Shown: positions 1 to 8,716, counted from the stretch's first letter. The stretch: 64,000 nt of DNA from Candidatus Saccharimonadota bacterium (GCA_017545585.1 JAFWMK010000017.1:7323-71322), one strand, 5' to 3'. Notes: generated by a model from the letters alone, not told the origin. Numbers and translations: made by a program.

Positions 1-153
1 GCTACCACCATCATCTGCGGCGGCGACACTACTGGCTTCGTAGAAGACTATACAAAAACTCATCCAAATCTAAATTATTCACTCATTTCCACCGGTGGCG
101 GTGCATCATTAGAATTCCTGCTCGGCAAAAAATTACCTGGCCTAGATTTTTAA
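1..153 (+). CDS. pgk: Phosphoglycerate kinase, C-terminal end (partial)
   Basis: Frame 1 reads ATTIICGGDTTGF...ISTGGGASLEFLLGKKLPGLDF*; GGD and STGGGASLE are PGK signatures. Confidence 0.95.
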   Translation, partial: ATTIICGGDTTGFVEDYTKTHPNLNYSLISTGGGASLEFLLGKKLPGLDF

Positions 154-158
154 GCAGA

Positions 159-1592
159 CTATATATGCCTGATTTTTATCGTATCAGTCCCGTATTTATT
201 TTTGTCACCTGATGCAATCACCGCCAACAAATCTTTTTTACCAGGCTTGGTTTGTAAATATTCCGATTCTTTAAGTTCAATCGCAAGTTCTTTACCAAAA
301 TCCTCGCCATAATTTCTTACAAACGCTGAATTTGCATAAATCAAAGCCAATTGATTTGCTACTCGCGGATTTGGAGTTACCGAAATAATTGGCACATTTG
401 GTCTTTGTGCCGCCATCGTCGTAGCCGTCGTTCCCGACGCAGTCTGACAGACAATTACATCCGCATCAATTTTTTCCGCAAGTCTTGCTACTGCATCCGA
501 GATCCCATCATAAAGCGCCTTTTCACCTTCCGGCTGCACCGACATTCTCGCTACTTTAGAATGATTCTGAGTATAGAGAATTACTTTTTTCATTTCCGCC
601 ACCGCTTCTACTGGATATTTACCATTGGCGGTTTCATCCGAAAGCATTACTGCATCCGCGCCTTGCACTACTGCCGTTGCTACATCCGACACTTCCGCCC
701 GAGTCGGCTCTGGATTATCTACCATCGAACCCATCATCTGTGTCGCCACAATACAAAGTTTAGAATGTGCTCGACAAAGTGCAATCAATTTTCTTTGAAC
801 TATTGGCACTACTTCATTCCCCGCTTCTACCGCCATATCGCCACGCGCCACCATGATTCCATCCGCCGCTTTTACGATTTCTTCCAAATTTTCATCCGTA
901 GAAATAGCTTTTTTGGTCTCGATTTTAGCAATCACTTTTGCCGTCGAACCAAGCGACAAAAGAATTTGCTTTAACTTTTCTATGTCATAAGCAGATTGCA
1001 CAAAAGAAAGCGCCACATAGTCAAGATCCTGATGCGCTCCATATTCCAAATCTTCCATATCTTTTGCAGTAATAATATCCCCACCAAAATCCGTTTCTGG
1101 AAGATTTAGCCCCTTTTTACTCATTACAAATCCGTCATTCAATATTTTTACTTTTATCGCTGTATCAGACACAATCTCAACTACCTCGCTCTTAATTTTC
1201 CCATCAAACATAAACAGTGGTTCACCTACTTTTATTTTTTCCGCCAAATTATACTGCACCGGAAGTGTCAAACCACCATCATGCTCAAATCCCTCTTTTG
1301 CTTCCAAAATCACTTCATCATTAGTATGAAGGTCTAGGTGGTTCTCTTTGATATCACCAAGTCTAATTTTTGGACCCTGAAGATCCTGCAAAATCGCTAC
1401 CGAACGACCTTTTTTCTCAGCTGCATTTCGCACCCATTTAATCTGCTCGTCTCGTTCTTCATTAGTCCCGTGTGAGCAATTCAACCGGCACCCATTCACC
1501 CCTGCCATAATAATTTCATCAATTTTTTCTTGCCCAAATACCGACGGCCCAATCGTCGCCAAAATCTTGGTTCTCTTAAAAAGTTTACTCAT
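159..1592 (-). CDS. pyk: Pyruvate kinase
   Basis: RTKILATIGP, DLQGPKIR, IAKIE, MVARGD, ATQM, MLSDETA motifs. Confidence 0.98.
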   Translation of the reverse strand: MSKLFKRTKILATIGPSVFGQEKIDEIIMAGVNGCRLNCSHGTNEERDEQIKWVRNAAEKKGRSVAILQDLQGPKIRLGDIKENHLDLHTNDEVILEAKEGFEHDGGLTLPVQYNLAEKIKVGEPLFMFDGKIKSEVVEIVSDTAIKVKILNDGFVMSKKGLNLPETDFGGDIITAKDMEDLEYGAHQDLDYVALSFVQSAYDIEKLKQILLSLGSTAKVIAKIETKKAISTDENLEEIVKAADGIMVARGDMAVEAGNEVVPIVQRKLIALCRAHSKLCIVATQMMGSMVDNPEPTRAEVSDVATAVVQGADAVMLSDETANGKYPVEAVAEMKKVILYTQNHSKVARMSVQPEGEKALYDGISDAVARLAEKIDADVIVCQTASGTTATTMAAQRPNVPIISVTPNPRVANQLALIYANSAFVRNYGEDFGKELAIELKESEYLQTKPGKKDLLAVIASGDKNKYGTDTIKIRHI

Positions 1593-1640
1593 ATATAATA
1601 TATATTATCATATTTATACTTTTTATGGTAATATAATATT

Positions 1641-2129
1641 ATGGCTTACACAAAAAGCAAAAATCCAAAAAGCAGCCTTAGTCGCAGAACCAACCAAACT
1701 CCAGCCAAAAAAATCATCCTCGGCGTAATCATCCTTTCTGCACTAGCCGTATTCCTTACTATTATTTATGGCTTTATTGCCACTCCAGAATTTCTTATTA
1801 AAAAAGAAATCGAATCTATCGTCTCCGATTATTATGAAAATTACTTTTATCCCAGCATTTTAACCAATAATCATATCGATCAATCTACCTCCAAATCTTC
1901 AGACCCCGAATCACCTATCAGCAAAATTCTTCAAAAATACCAAGAATCCGGTTTTCCGAGAGTCGCTTTAGACCAATTGTTACTTTCAAATAATCAAAAA
2001 TACGCCAACAAAGTTGAATACCTAGAAGAATATTGTAATTTAACCCAATCCAATATTAGAATCTACCCAGATCCACCATTTGAAAAACAAAATTACCACG
2101 TAGAATATTCCTACTCTTGCAAATTTTAA
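1641..2129 (+). CDS. Hypothetical single-pass membrane protein
   Basis: 162-aa ORF with one N-terminal hydrophobic helix; fills the gap; TATAAT just upstream. Confidence 0.75.
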   Translation: MAYTKSKNPKSSLSRRTNQTPAKKIILGVIILSALAVFLTIIYGFIATPEFLIKKEIESIVSDYYENYFYPSILTNNHIDQSTSKSSDPESPISKILQKYQESGFPRVALDQLLLSNNQKYANKVEYLEEYCNLTQSNIRIYPDPPFEKQNYHVEYSYSCKF

Positions 2130-2166
2130 TATTTATTGTTATAATAATTTTAGCACTTTATTATTT

Positions 2167-2241
2167 GGTCTCTTAGTATAACGGTTAGTACAACGGGTTT
2201 TCATCCCGTCAATGCGAGTTCGACTCTCGCAGAGATCACCA
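2167..2241 (+). tRNA. tRNA-Glu(TTC)
   Basis: GGTCTCT/AGAGATC acceptor stem, anticodon arm ACGGG-TTTTCAT-CCCGT, GTTCGA T-loop, encoded CCA. Confidence 0.96.
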
Positions 2242-2247
2242 ATGATA

Positions 2248-2289
2248 AAAAATAGACCCTTTAGGGTCTAATTTTTATTATTAATATTT
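2248..2289 (+). repeat. 42-bp direct repeat copy 1 (terminator hairpin TAGACCC-TTTA-GGGTCTA + T-tract)
   Basis: Identical to 7694-7735. Confidence 0.93.
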
Positions 2290-2290
2290 T

Positions 2291-2328
2291 ATGCGAGAAA
2301 CGAAGTTACTCTCGCAGAGATCACCAAT
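2291..2328 (+). repeat. Degenerate copy of tRNA-Glu T-arm/3' end (left island junction)
   Basis: ATGCGAG[AAACGAAGTT]ACTCTCGCAGAGATCACCAAT vs tRNA ATGCGAG[TTCG]ACTCTCGCAGAGATCACCAAT. Confidence 0.9.
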
Positions 2329-2357
2329 AACAAACACCGCTTTAGTGGCTTTTTTAG

Positions 2358-2391
2358 AAAAAAGTTATCCCCGGATCTAGGATCCGGGGAT
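2358..2391 (-). terminator. Intrinsic terminator of the 522-aa gene
   Basis: ATCCCCGGATC-TAG-GATCCGGGGAT hairpin followed by a T-tract on the - strand. Confidence 0.8.
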
Positions 2392-2460
2392 GGTTGATAG
2401 TTGCAAGGTACGAACCAGTTTATAGCGGTGGTGCGCTTCTTAACTAGGGGAACGAGGTTG

Positions 2461-4029
2461 TCAGGCTTCTTTGCGCTGAAATAATCCCCAACCCTGTCCA
2501 ATGGACGGGCAAGATCTAGTTCCGGTCAGTCCGGCTTTACCAAAGAAGGCTTCCTCGATCTCGTTCTGGATTTCCGCCACTCTTTCGAGTTGCGCCTCCG
2601 TAATCGTCTCTGGACGATAGATCACGTAGAACTCGTGGGGGGCTGCAGTATAGGCATGACGCCATTCCAGAACAAGTTCTCCAGGCATGACCTGATCCCA
2701 TACTTCGTATCCCTCATTATAACGCTGAATACGACGTGAATCTCCGGTGATGCCATCACGAGGACGATCCATACCGTTAGGCATAATAACATAGCCATGA
2801 CCGGCATTAGTAGCACCGGAACGATTCCAGATCTGGATGTTACTCGGCAACCCGAGAGCCTTTGCCTCTTCCTGAGCCTTTTTGAGGCGCTCAGCGGCTT
2901 CTTCGGCTTCACGCTTCTCCCGAATCTCGGTTTCCTTTGATTCAAGCATCGCGGTGCAGGCCCTCAGACCACCCTCACTGTAGGCGAATTCATGTACGGA
3001 TTCTTGATAGGTGTAATAATTCCAACACCTTTTATAAGGTTCGAACACTTTTGCCTTTTCAGAGTCGCCCGTTTCCATGCGCCAACCGATTTCAACGAAT
3101 CTAGCCTCAAGGGCCAAGAACCTCGACTCAAATTCGGCTTTTGCCGCGTCTCTTGCCGCCCATGCCGCCTTTGTATCAGCGGCACACTGTTCCTGATCGG
3201 CAATCCACTGCTCGGCTTTCTGGACGTTTTCCTCTGTGTAGAGGTACTGAGCATACTCCATCTTGAAATAAGAATCGAGTATCTCAAACGTCTTTCTACC
3301 CCAGCAATGTTCGCTGAAGAACTCATTCAGCGGGACAAGACGCTCCTTAACAGCCTCGAGCCTAGATACGAGTCCGGCTTTCGCCTGACGAGATTCTTCT
3401 TCAGCCGCTAACTTAGCCCTGTAGGCCTTGTCGTTGGATTCGGAAGCTTCTCTCTGGAGCTTGGTGTGCTTCTCGCAATAGGCTTTCGCCCTGCGCTCGA
3501 ATTCTGCCGTGTGATCTGCCTTTATCTCGCCATCGACTTCATCGATATGTAAGATTCTGGCAAAACCGACCGGCACAACCCAGAAGTCGTTGCCTACTCC
3601 ACCGCCGTTACTAGAGGCTCTGCGGAAATACTTTATTCCTTCGATAGCTTTTGCTTCATCGGAGTAAGTTCCGCGATGGCTATTGAAGCATCCACCCCAG
3701 GAAACGCGCACCAGCAGATCCTTGGCGAACTTGGGGTTCTTCGGGCGGAAGCAAGCTCCACCTTTCTTAGAACGCCAGAAATCGCCAAACATGAAAGTGG
3801 CGTCTCCGTCAAAATCCATATTCATACTGTCGGTAACCTCGCGGTCACTACTGTAGTGGATCGGATTGATGGGCTTCCCATTGGCATCGAGTTCTACCTC
3901 TTTACCAACTACGAATGTGACGTTCGGACAGTATTTGCCAAAGACATTAACCAGAAAACCGGTCTCCGTCTCATAGCAGGTTTCGCCGAACATTTCGCGT
4001 GCTTCAACGATCGTCATAGTCTTCTTCAT
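2461..4029 (-). CDS. Hypothetical protein (522 aa, coiled-coil central region)
   Basis: Long ORF with AAAGGAG RBS, own promoter and terminator; no family recognised. Confidence 0.85.
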   Translation of the reverse strand: MKKTMTIVEAREMFGETCYETETGFLVNVFGKYCPNVTFVVGKEVELDANGKPINPIHYSSDREVTDSMNMDFDGDATFMFGDFWRSKKGGACFRPKNPKFAKDLLVRVSWGGCFNSHRGTYSDEAKAIEGIKYFRRASSNGGGVGNDFWVVPVGFARILHIDEVDGEIKADHTAEFERRAKAYCEKHTKLQREASESNDKAYRAKLAAEEESRQAKAGLVSRLEAVKERLVPLNEFFSEHCWGRKTFEILDSYFKMEYAQYLYTEENVQKAEQWIADQEQCAADTKAAWAARDAAKAEFESRFLALEARFVEIGWRMETGDSEKAKVFEPYKRCWNYYTYQESVHEFAYSEGGLRACTAMLESKETEIREKREAEEAAERLKKAQEEAKALGLPSNIQIWNRSGATNAGHGYVIMPNGMDRPRDGITGDSRRIQRYNEGYEVWDQVMPGELVLEWRHAYTAAPHEFYVIYRPETITEAQLERVAEIQNEIEEAFFGKAGLTGTRSCPSIGQGWGLFQRKEA

Positions 4030-4253
4030 GGTAATCTCCTTTCTTCCCTAGGGGAAAGCCAATGTTCTTATAGATTTAAGAGGTTTTTCCTCACATTGGC
4101 AACTCCTGCTCCCTATGAGCAGCGTTAAGCCGGCTATAAACTAGTAGGCTTGACGCTGCCCAAAAGATAGCAGAGGAGATGTTCTGAATAGACATTCCTA
4201 GCTAATTGTTAACTATTCTGAGATTAGGCTACTTCTCCCAATCCCATAACCTA

Positions 4254-4282
4254 ATTATAGCATACTTTATCAAAATTGTCAA
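4254..4282 (-). promoter_or_regulatory. Consensus sigma70 promoter for the 522-aa gene
   Basis: Minus strand TTGACA-N17-TATAAT with extended TG; gives a ~220-nt leader. Confidence 0.8.
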
Positions 4283-4333
4283 TATACTACCTCTGTAAAT
4301 AAAAACATAAGCATTTCATAAAACAGAAATGGC

Positions 4334-4360
4334 AAACGGCCGGATTGCTCCGACCGTTTT
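4334..4360. terminator. Terminator-like hairpin after the MYG1 gene
   Basis: AAACGGCCGGA-TTGC-TCCGACCGTTTT. Confidence 0.6.
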
Positions 4361-4392
4361 ATGTGGAATTAGGGGGGGGTGCGATATGACTA

Positions 4393-5331
4393 TTAACTGT
4401 TTACTGCTTTCTCCGCGAGGCTGATAGCATCCTCACGGGTTTCGGCTACGGCGAAGAATCCAGCCGTATGACAGAATATAGCCGTTTCTACGCCCGAGGC
4501 TTTTACGAGCTCCTCATCTCTAAGTCCACGCCAACCCTCCGGGAAAGGCTTTCTTTGCGCCATCATGTCCTCGATCGTCGGTGGAATTGCCTGCACGTTC
4601 CAATCTCCGCTAGTTGCCGGAAATACCGCGTATAGCAGATTTGCAGCTTTCGGATCGTCAGAAGTGACAACTTCTTCCAGCCATCCACCGATGAACCTAT
4701 CCATGACGAGCACGGCTCCGTCTGCGGTTTTAATCTGATCTGCAATCAGTTTGCGTCCATAGGCGGAAGAGATAGCGACCCTGACCTCACGCTCCAGTAT
4801 CATCCCTGCTATTTCGCAGGCTTTTACGAAGCAGGCGTCTGCATCCTCACTTTCATCCCAAAGGGCATTGAACATAGAAATTACAGACGAAACCGACATA
4901 GAGTCGCCTTTCTCGCCTTGGCCGTTATCTCTAGCGTCGATACCTCTGACTAGGGCATCATCCACTCGCGATACGACTTCAGCAGCCATCTCGCCATCGA
5001 CTCCCTTATTTTCGCCCAGTTTTTTGACGATTTCTACTCCATATTCACGCCAGATCAAACCGGCAGAGGAATAGGTAATTTCGTCAGGGCGAATCTCGGA
5101 GAATCCTTTCTGATGGTGATCAAAGCGCTTCTTCTCGGGGTCAAACTCGCCGCCAACATCGTAAACGATTGCATTCGTACTGTCGATGATGGCCTGATCT
5201 CGGGTTCTGTAAAGTTCCACTGGGAACAGAATGGCAAGCATTGCCGTTGCAAATACTTCATCCGCATGATGCGGAGCGGTATGTGTTACGGCGTTGACAG
5301 CTGCATCATAAGTTTTGTGAACTCTTATCAT
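4393..5331 (-). CDS. MYG1 (UPF0160) family DHH-like exonuclease/hydrolase
   Basis: THxxxHHADEV, TRD, YDVGG...FDHHQ, YSSAGLIW, IDARDNG, FCHTAGF motifs. Confidence 0.92.
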   Translation of the reverse strand: MIRVHKTYDAAVNAVTHTAPHHADEVFATAMLAILFPVELYRTRDQAIIDSTNAIVYDVGGEFDPEKKRFDHHQKGFSEIRPDEITYSSAGLIWREYGVEIVKKLGENKGVDGEMAAEVVSRVDDALVRGIDARDNGQGEKGDSMSVSSVISMFNALWDESEDADACFVKACEIAGMILEREVRVAISSAYGRKLIADQIKTADGAVLVMDRFIGGWLEEVVTSDDPKAANLLYAVFPATSGDWNVQAIPPTIEDMMAQRKPFPEGWRGLRDEELVKASGVETAIFCHTAGFFAVAETREDAISLAEKAVNS

Positions 5332-5418
5332 TTACACCTCCCTAATTGATAATGTCCTACTTGCGTCATCTTTAATTATATCACACATTACCAATTCTGT
5401 CAATATAAGCTTATGTTT

Positions 5419-6003
5419 TTACCCCTGTTTTATGACGCTTTCCAGCATATTTACTAATGATTCTAAATCAGCTTTCATTTTCTCTGGAATTGCCTTTTTC
5501 TGAATAATTTCTAGGAATGATTTGTAAAACCACAATTCGTCGTCTTTTGACGCGTTAAATTTCTCCCAAAGTCCATCTCCAACCCTCTCGTATTCGTCCA
5601 GCATATCAGTAAGATTATGGATTTTGTCGGCGGTAGATACGATTATCGGCTCTACGTTTGCCAGATTATCTAGGTGGGCAAGATAGCCCTTTTTCCTCTC
5701 AATCCAAGGTTTTTCTGGCTCCCCAGCAACTTTATCTTCCGAAACATCTTTTACGATATCTGTTATTTTGTCGCCGAAATCGCCTCTCATATCCGCTTCG
5801 GAATAGATTGACGGCCTCACGTCCTCTAGAACATCATGCAAAATGCCAGCCACGATAACATCCTCATCGGTCGTATATTCACCAATAATCAATGCCACGG
5901 CAACCGGATGAGAAATGTAGGGAATATCCGTACCTTTTCTCACTTGGTCGCGATGTGCTTTCGAAGCAACTTTGAGAGCCAGATTAACCTTTTTACTTAT
6001 CAT
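5419..6003 (-). CDS. RelA/SpoT-type HD-domain hydrolase (small alarmone hydrolase/Mesh1-like)
   Basis: AHRDQVRKGTDIPYISHP, LHDVLED, SEDK, ADKIHN motifs; start overlaps the upstream stop (TAATG). Confidence 0.9.
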   Translation of the reverse strand: MISKKVNLALKVASKAHRDQVRKGTDIPYISHPVAVALIIGEYTTDEDVIVAGILHDVLEDVRPSIYSEADMRGDFGDKITDIVKDVSEDKVAGEPEKPWIERKKGYLAHLDNLANVEPIIVSTADKIHNLTDMLDEYERVGDGLWEKFNASKDDELWFYKSFLEIIQKKAIPEKMKADLESLVNMLESVIKQG

Positions 6004-7496
6004 TAGATGACTTTACCTAAATCTTCTTTATTTGCCGCCCAAGCTACAGTAGAACCTTCGCCCGGTTGGAACGCCGCGATACCAGCAACTTTTCCTTTAT
6101 ACCCAGAAGCAATTGAAGCTTTTAGCCAATTTGGGCCCTGTGTAGAAATCACTACGATCGCGTTCTCTGGTAGTTGTGGTACTGTCATTGTCTCAAGATC
6201 GGCAGGAGAGACTGGATTATTTGAAGCGTGAGCCGTATTATGAACAACATAAATTGGCTTACCTTCCATTTCGCCATGTTGCTGAGGCTCTGCCCACCAT
6301 TTAGTATCTAATTCTTCGGTTTCTGGTAGGCTTTTTACTGGGATATAACCATCTGGACCACGAAGACGTACATCTGTACTACCTGCATCCTCAAATGCCA
6401 TAGCTAGAGCAATGGCTTCCCAAGAGTTAACTGGACCATTCAACCATGCCGGCTGACCGTCAAATTCAAGGGCTTTTTCGTAAATCTGAGGAATTGCGGA
6501 ACGTAAAATTTGCTTATTCTGTACTTGCTTTTGTTGTCCATCTCGCGTTGTAATGGTGCGCTCGATGGTTTCATTTGGTAAATCTTTGAATACTTCCGGA
6601 ATAAACACCTCAAACGGATTAGCATTTTCGCCCTCGTGAGCCTGTTTATAAGCCACGTTGCCCTCTACCATGCCAGAAATGAGACCAGCTACTTGTTTGA
6701 TAGTCTCTCTATCGGCCGCCGGCTCGCCTCTTTCTAGATGGTGAACGGAACTTACAATATGGCTCTTTTCTGGTTCCATCGGTCGCTGAACGTCTTTATT
6801 GCCTTGATAGTGGCTATGGAGCTTTGCAATGACTTCAATATTATTTTTCTCGAAGAAATTGCGCCATTCTGCAACTTTGGATAGATCGCCAGCAAGAATA
6901 ATAGCATGAGTTGCACCCTCAATCATCTGAGCGTTTTCTTCGCTCGTACGACCGCCCACATCGATGATCATAAGTGGACCTTCCCAGTCGTTAATCTTCT
7001 TTTTACGATCAGCTACGAATTCAGGAGTAAATTTACCTTTTTGACGGAATTTCACTACCTCGGGATCATCATAATGGCGTTGTAGCCACGGACCCTCGCC
7101 ATCCGGAGCCGCACTAAATGAAAACGTATGATCTTTGTCCAAATTCTGAGTTAATGCCTCAATAAAAACTGATTTACCAGAGTGTGGTGGGCCGCCAATA
7201 ACTATTTTAATGCCTTTTTTAAGCTTTTCTTGGCGCTCCGCTAAACTCTCGGCCGTATCAAATCGGGGAATTGTCTCGATATTTTCTGCTAAAACTTCTT
7301 CTTTGCCAGTTTCTACTGGATTTTCTGAATTAGCGACTTCTGATCCCATCGATTCCAAGGCTTTCTGCCCAAGATCATGGATCGGAGCAGACTCTAGATG
7401 TTCCGCATTTTCATTGATGTTGTCTTGCCGATTTTGATTCGGCTCCCCAAATTGAGGCCACTCTTCTCCACCCGAGCTAGGGAAAGATTCATACAT
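6003..7496 (-). CDS. P-loop NTPase fused to C-terminal Csx3/Crn3-like domain(s)
   Basis: KIVIGGPPHSGKS Walker A, APDGEG, IIDVGG Walker B-like; C-terminal PADLETMTVP...IVVISTQGPNWL...IAAFQPGEGSTVAW...GKVI resembles Csx3; ~90-aa acidic N-terminal extension. Confidence 0.75.
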   Translation of the reverse strand: MYESFPSSGGEEWPQFGEPNQNRQDNINENAEHLESAPIHDLGQKALESMGSEVANSENPVETGKEEVLAENIETIPRFDTAESLAERQEKLKKGIKIVIGGPPHSGKSVFIEALTQNLDKDHTFSFSAAPDGEGPWLQRHYDDPEVVKFRQKGKFTPEFVADRKKKINDWEGPLMIIDVGGRTSEENAQMIEGATHAIILAGDLSKVAEWRNFFEKNNIEVIAKLHSHYQGNKDVQRPMEPEKSHIVSSVHHLERGEPAADRETIKQVAGLISGMVEGNVAYKQAHEGENANPFEVFIPEVFKDLPNETIERTITTRDGQQKQVQNKQILRSAIPQIYEKALEFDGQPAWLNGPVNSWEAIALAMAFEDAGSTDVRLRGPDGYIPVKSLPETEELDTKWWAEPQQHGEMEGKPIYVVHNTAHASNNPVSPADLETMTVPQLPENAIVVISTQGPNWLKASIASGYKGKVAGIAAFQPGEGSTVAWAANKEDLGKVI

Positions 7497-7564
7497 TTTT
7501 AAATATCCTTTTTATTAAGTATTACCTATTTAAATTATATCACAGCTATCCAATTTTCAGACAA

Positions 7565-7592
7565 AGGGAAAGCCCGGACATTTGTCCGGGCT
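7565..7592 (-). terminator. Hairpin/terminator near the right island end
   Basis: AGCCCGGACA-TT-TGTCCGGGCT. Confidence 0.65.
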
Positions 7593-7693
7593 GTGATTAG
7601 TTTGTAGGATATAAAACCATAATAATATCCTTAACGCGGTAGAAGTCTGACACGAGGTCGTTCCAATTCGATTGGACTCGGTTCACCAGAAAT

Positions 7694-7735
7694 AAAAATA
7701 GACCCTTTAGGGTCTAATTTTTATTATTAATATTT
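7694..7735 (+). repeat. 42-bp direct repeat copy 2
   Basis: Identical to 2248-2289; preceded by TCACCA at 7683-7688. Confidence 0.93.
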
Positions 7736-7921
7736 CCGATTATTTTGCTCTTGCTTTTTTAATAAAAGTGTGATATAATAACAGAAGTACTTTAATAGTT
7801 TGGTGTGAAAGAAGGATGGCAAAATGAGTATAGGCATAATCTTTGGTTTTTTGGTTTTATTGGTACTGTCAATAATCGCAATCAGGATCGCAGAAAAAAA
7901 ATTTTGGGAGGAATGGGACTC

Positions 7922-8668
7922 ATGGAAAAAAGATTAAAAAGATTGATTAAGATTGTTCTCAGAGGGATCGCAATCGCCCTAGTGGCCACTATTTTGGTGA
8001 GCTACGGCCAGCCGATCGTCACAGCACTCGCTCATGATTTCCCTTCAGACATCAACGACTGGTCTCAGTACGACTGGGATAAGTTCTATGAATACGTAAG
8101 GGATCATGATCGAAACTGGAATCGGGATCGTTATTACGATCCTTATTACGGGTGCTACCGAGACTACCCAGTCTATTATAATTATAACTACGGTAATGGC
8201 ACTGCTTACAACAATGCTTACAATTACAATAGTTATAACTATTATGGCGGCGTATTAGACGTTTATGATGCAAACACCGAAGGACAAGCCCAAATTTTGG
8301 CCAAAATCATAAACCTCTATGCGCACGGAGTAGCCTCACAGACAGGACAGGCCTGTGTCGGTTGGGCCGTCATGAATTCAGTTGATGCTTCTAGTGGTGG
8401 AGCAGACATCGGTGCAGTAGCACCAAATTTCCACTACGATGCAAGTCGACCGACTTCTGACGACTTTGGACGCGACCTTATGCCGCTCGCCCGCGATATT
8501 GTTTTCCGCTGGAAAGCTGGTCGTGCCGGCATCGGTAATAATGGACGCGTGTTACCTGGCGGATATTGCTGGGTCTGGAGTACGGGAGACACCTTAGCCT
8601 TCCGCAACACTCCATCCGAAAGTGGCGCCATCTGGAACTATAGCTCCCCCAGCCCCTACGGGAGCTAA
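7922..8668 (+). CDS. Secreted Tyr/Asn-rich protein with degenerate SleB/Hydrolase_2-like C-terminal domain
   Basis: GGAGGA RBS; signal peptide; LAKIINLYAHG...QACVGWAVMN...LARDIVFRW...GRVLP...WNYSSPSPY resembles Firmicute Hydrolase_2 proteins. Confidence 0.6.
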   Translation: MEKRLKRLIKIVLRGIAIALVATILVSYGQPIVTALAHDFPSDINDWSQYDWDKFYEYVRDHDRNWNRDRYYDPYYGCYRDYPVYYNYNYGNGTAYNNAYNYNSYNYYGGVLDVYDANTEGQAQILAKIINLYAHGVASQTGQACVGWAVMNSVDASSGGADIGAVAPNFHYDASRPTSDDFGRDLMPLARDIVFRWKAGRAGIGNNGRVLPGGYCWVWSTGDTLAFRNTPSESGAIWNYSSPSPYGS

Positions 8669-8684
8669 TTGCACACCAAACTTT

Positions 8685-8716
8685 GCCTCCGACCCCAAAA
8701 GTCGGAGGCGCTTTTT
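8685..8716 (+). terminator. Intrinsic terminator between convergent genes
   Basis: GCCTCCGAC-CCCAAAA-GTCGGAGGC + T5. Confidence 0.8.

Larger units (their letters stand above)
2321..7688. mobile_element. Integrated genomic island remnant at tRNA-Glu 3' copy (no intact integrase)
   Basis: TCACCA core at both ends (2321-2326, 7683-7688), duplicated 42-bp terminator, higher GC in the left part, only accessory genes. Confidence 0.75.

Noticed and set aside
2289-2501. 70-aa ORF as a real gene or integrase
   Set aside because: Overlaps the 522-aa gene end and crosses its terminator; no catalytic motifs. Only its last codons are used as junction evidence.
2622-4128. Overlapping ORFs inside the 522-aa gene
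   Set aside because: Alternative-frame or antisense shadows of a GC-richer gene with no RBS or motifs.
8100-8250. Tyr/Asn-rich stretch as a tandem repeat or DGR variable region
   Set aside because: Low-complexity coding sequence; no template repeat or reverse transcriptase in the window.
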